Source: Wallemia ichthyophaga EXF-994
Lineage: Eukaryota > Fungi > Basidiomycota
NCBI RefSeq assembly: GCF_000400465.1
Contig: NW_008806276.1
Span: 420,001-452,000 of the forward strand
Reading direction: 5' to 3'
Length of the DNA stretch: 32,000 nucleotides
Of this stretch, positions 31,331-32,000 are shown piece by piece. Each line of letters begins with the position of its first letter. The stretch's first letter is position 1. Position numbers and translations under genes: made by a program. The notes under the pieces are model-generated. The model was not told where the DNA came from. It was given only the letters and a program-made list of their open reading frames with translations, and made no database searches.

Positions 31331-32000
31331 TCAATATCCAGCTGCTCCAGGTGCTCTATCACCCTGCTTACGTAATCCCATCAACACCTCCTTAAACCTA
31401 TACATGTCCTTGCGATTGAGTTGTTTGTTGTGCGGATTATCCACATCCAACAAGCCACAAATACCTGTGCCGTATGTATTAGTATGAGGTATATGCACGC
31501 AAACACCCCAACCCACGCTCCCAGGTTGTCCCCTTTCCGAGTCCATCAGTCCTCTCGTTCATAAACTTCTCCTCCTCTTGCTTGTTTTCCTTAATTTTAG
31601 TCTCTTTGCGCGTATTGTAGTCCTTGTAAAAGCTGTCAATTGCACGCTCTGCCTTGAGACGTATGTCCTCCTTCTCTTTCTCCGATGCTGCGTCACGCGT
31701 AGCTATTTCAGAAGCACGTTTCTCGCCCCACTCGCGCACTGCTTCTGACTCTGGTTCACTATCTTGCTTAGCGGAGAATAATGGTGCGGAGACGGGTGTT
31801 TTTGGAGCAGTTGCAGCGTGTACGGAGAGCGCAGAGGGTGCGGAAGATATAGCAGGTTCAGTAGGCTCAGCAGGTGCAGCAAGCACACCACTATCCACCT
31901 CCTCACCTTCCAACGCCGGGAATGAGGATTCAAACTGAGTTATTTCATCCGGTTGTGCTCCAGATGGTGATATACCCCGTGTGCTGCTATCCATTTGGGT
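31331..32000 (-). CDS. CLC1: Clathrin light chain; the 5' end probably lies outside the window; 1 intron seen
   Basis: QFESSFPAL, EPESEAVREW..EIATRDAASE, KAERAIDSFYKDYN, GTTWER|ICGLLD and RFKEVLMGLRKQGDRAPGAAGY*. Confidence 0.93.

Noticed and set aside
1-32000. rRNA, tRNA, CRISPR arrays and prokaryotic operon or defence systems
   Set aside because: None was recognisable. The window is almost fully tiled by spliced eukaryotic genes.

Overview
Very compact eukaryotic DNA from a fungus (basidiomycete-like). I infer a Wallemia-type genome from the gene density and the mostly 40-60 nt introns, but this is not proven. I rebuilt 19 protein-coding genes with about 44 GT-AG introns by hand. In order: arginine-specific CPS large chain (partial), DOA1/PLAA, ORC4, a securin-like protein, a small Q/P-rich orphan, a Whi5-domain protein, an F-box/WD protein, RIT1, transportin-1/KAP104, an intronless orphan, an AsaB/NvfI-type oxygenase, RER1, a Pom34-like membrane protein, TIM21, MLP1/TPR, a DUF1765 protein, ERV14/cornichon, PTRHD1 and clathrin light chain (partial). 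I found no rRNA, tRNA, CRISPR array or recognisable transposon. The main observations are: (i) all five head-to-head gene pairs have start codons only 28-51 bp apart; (ii) a probable accessory block contains an intronless orphan with an ATG-started, in-register antisense ORF next to a lone secondary-metabolism-type oxygenase; (iii) the PTRHD1 intron has no AG acceptor; (iv) RER1 has 5-nt and 13-nt micro-exons; (v) MCB hexamers cluster over a group of cell-cycle genes. All exon structures are manual and unvalidated.
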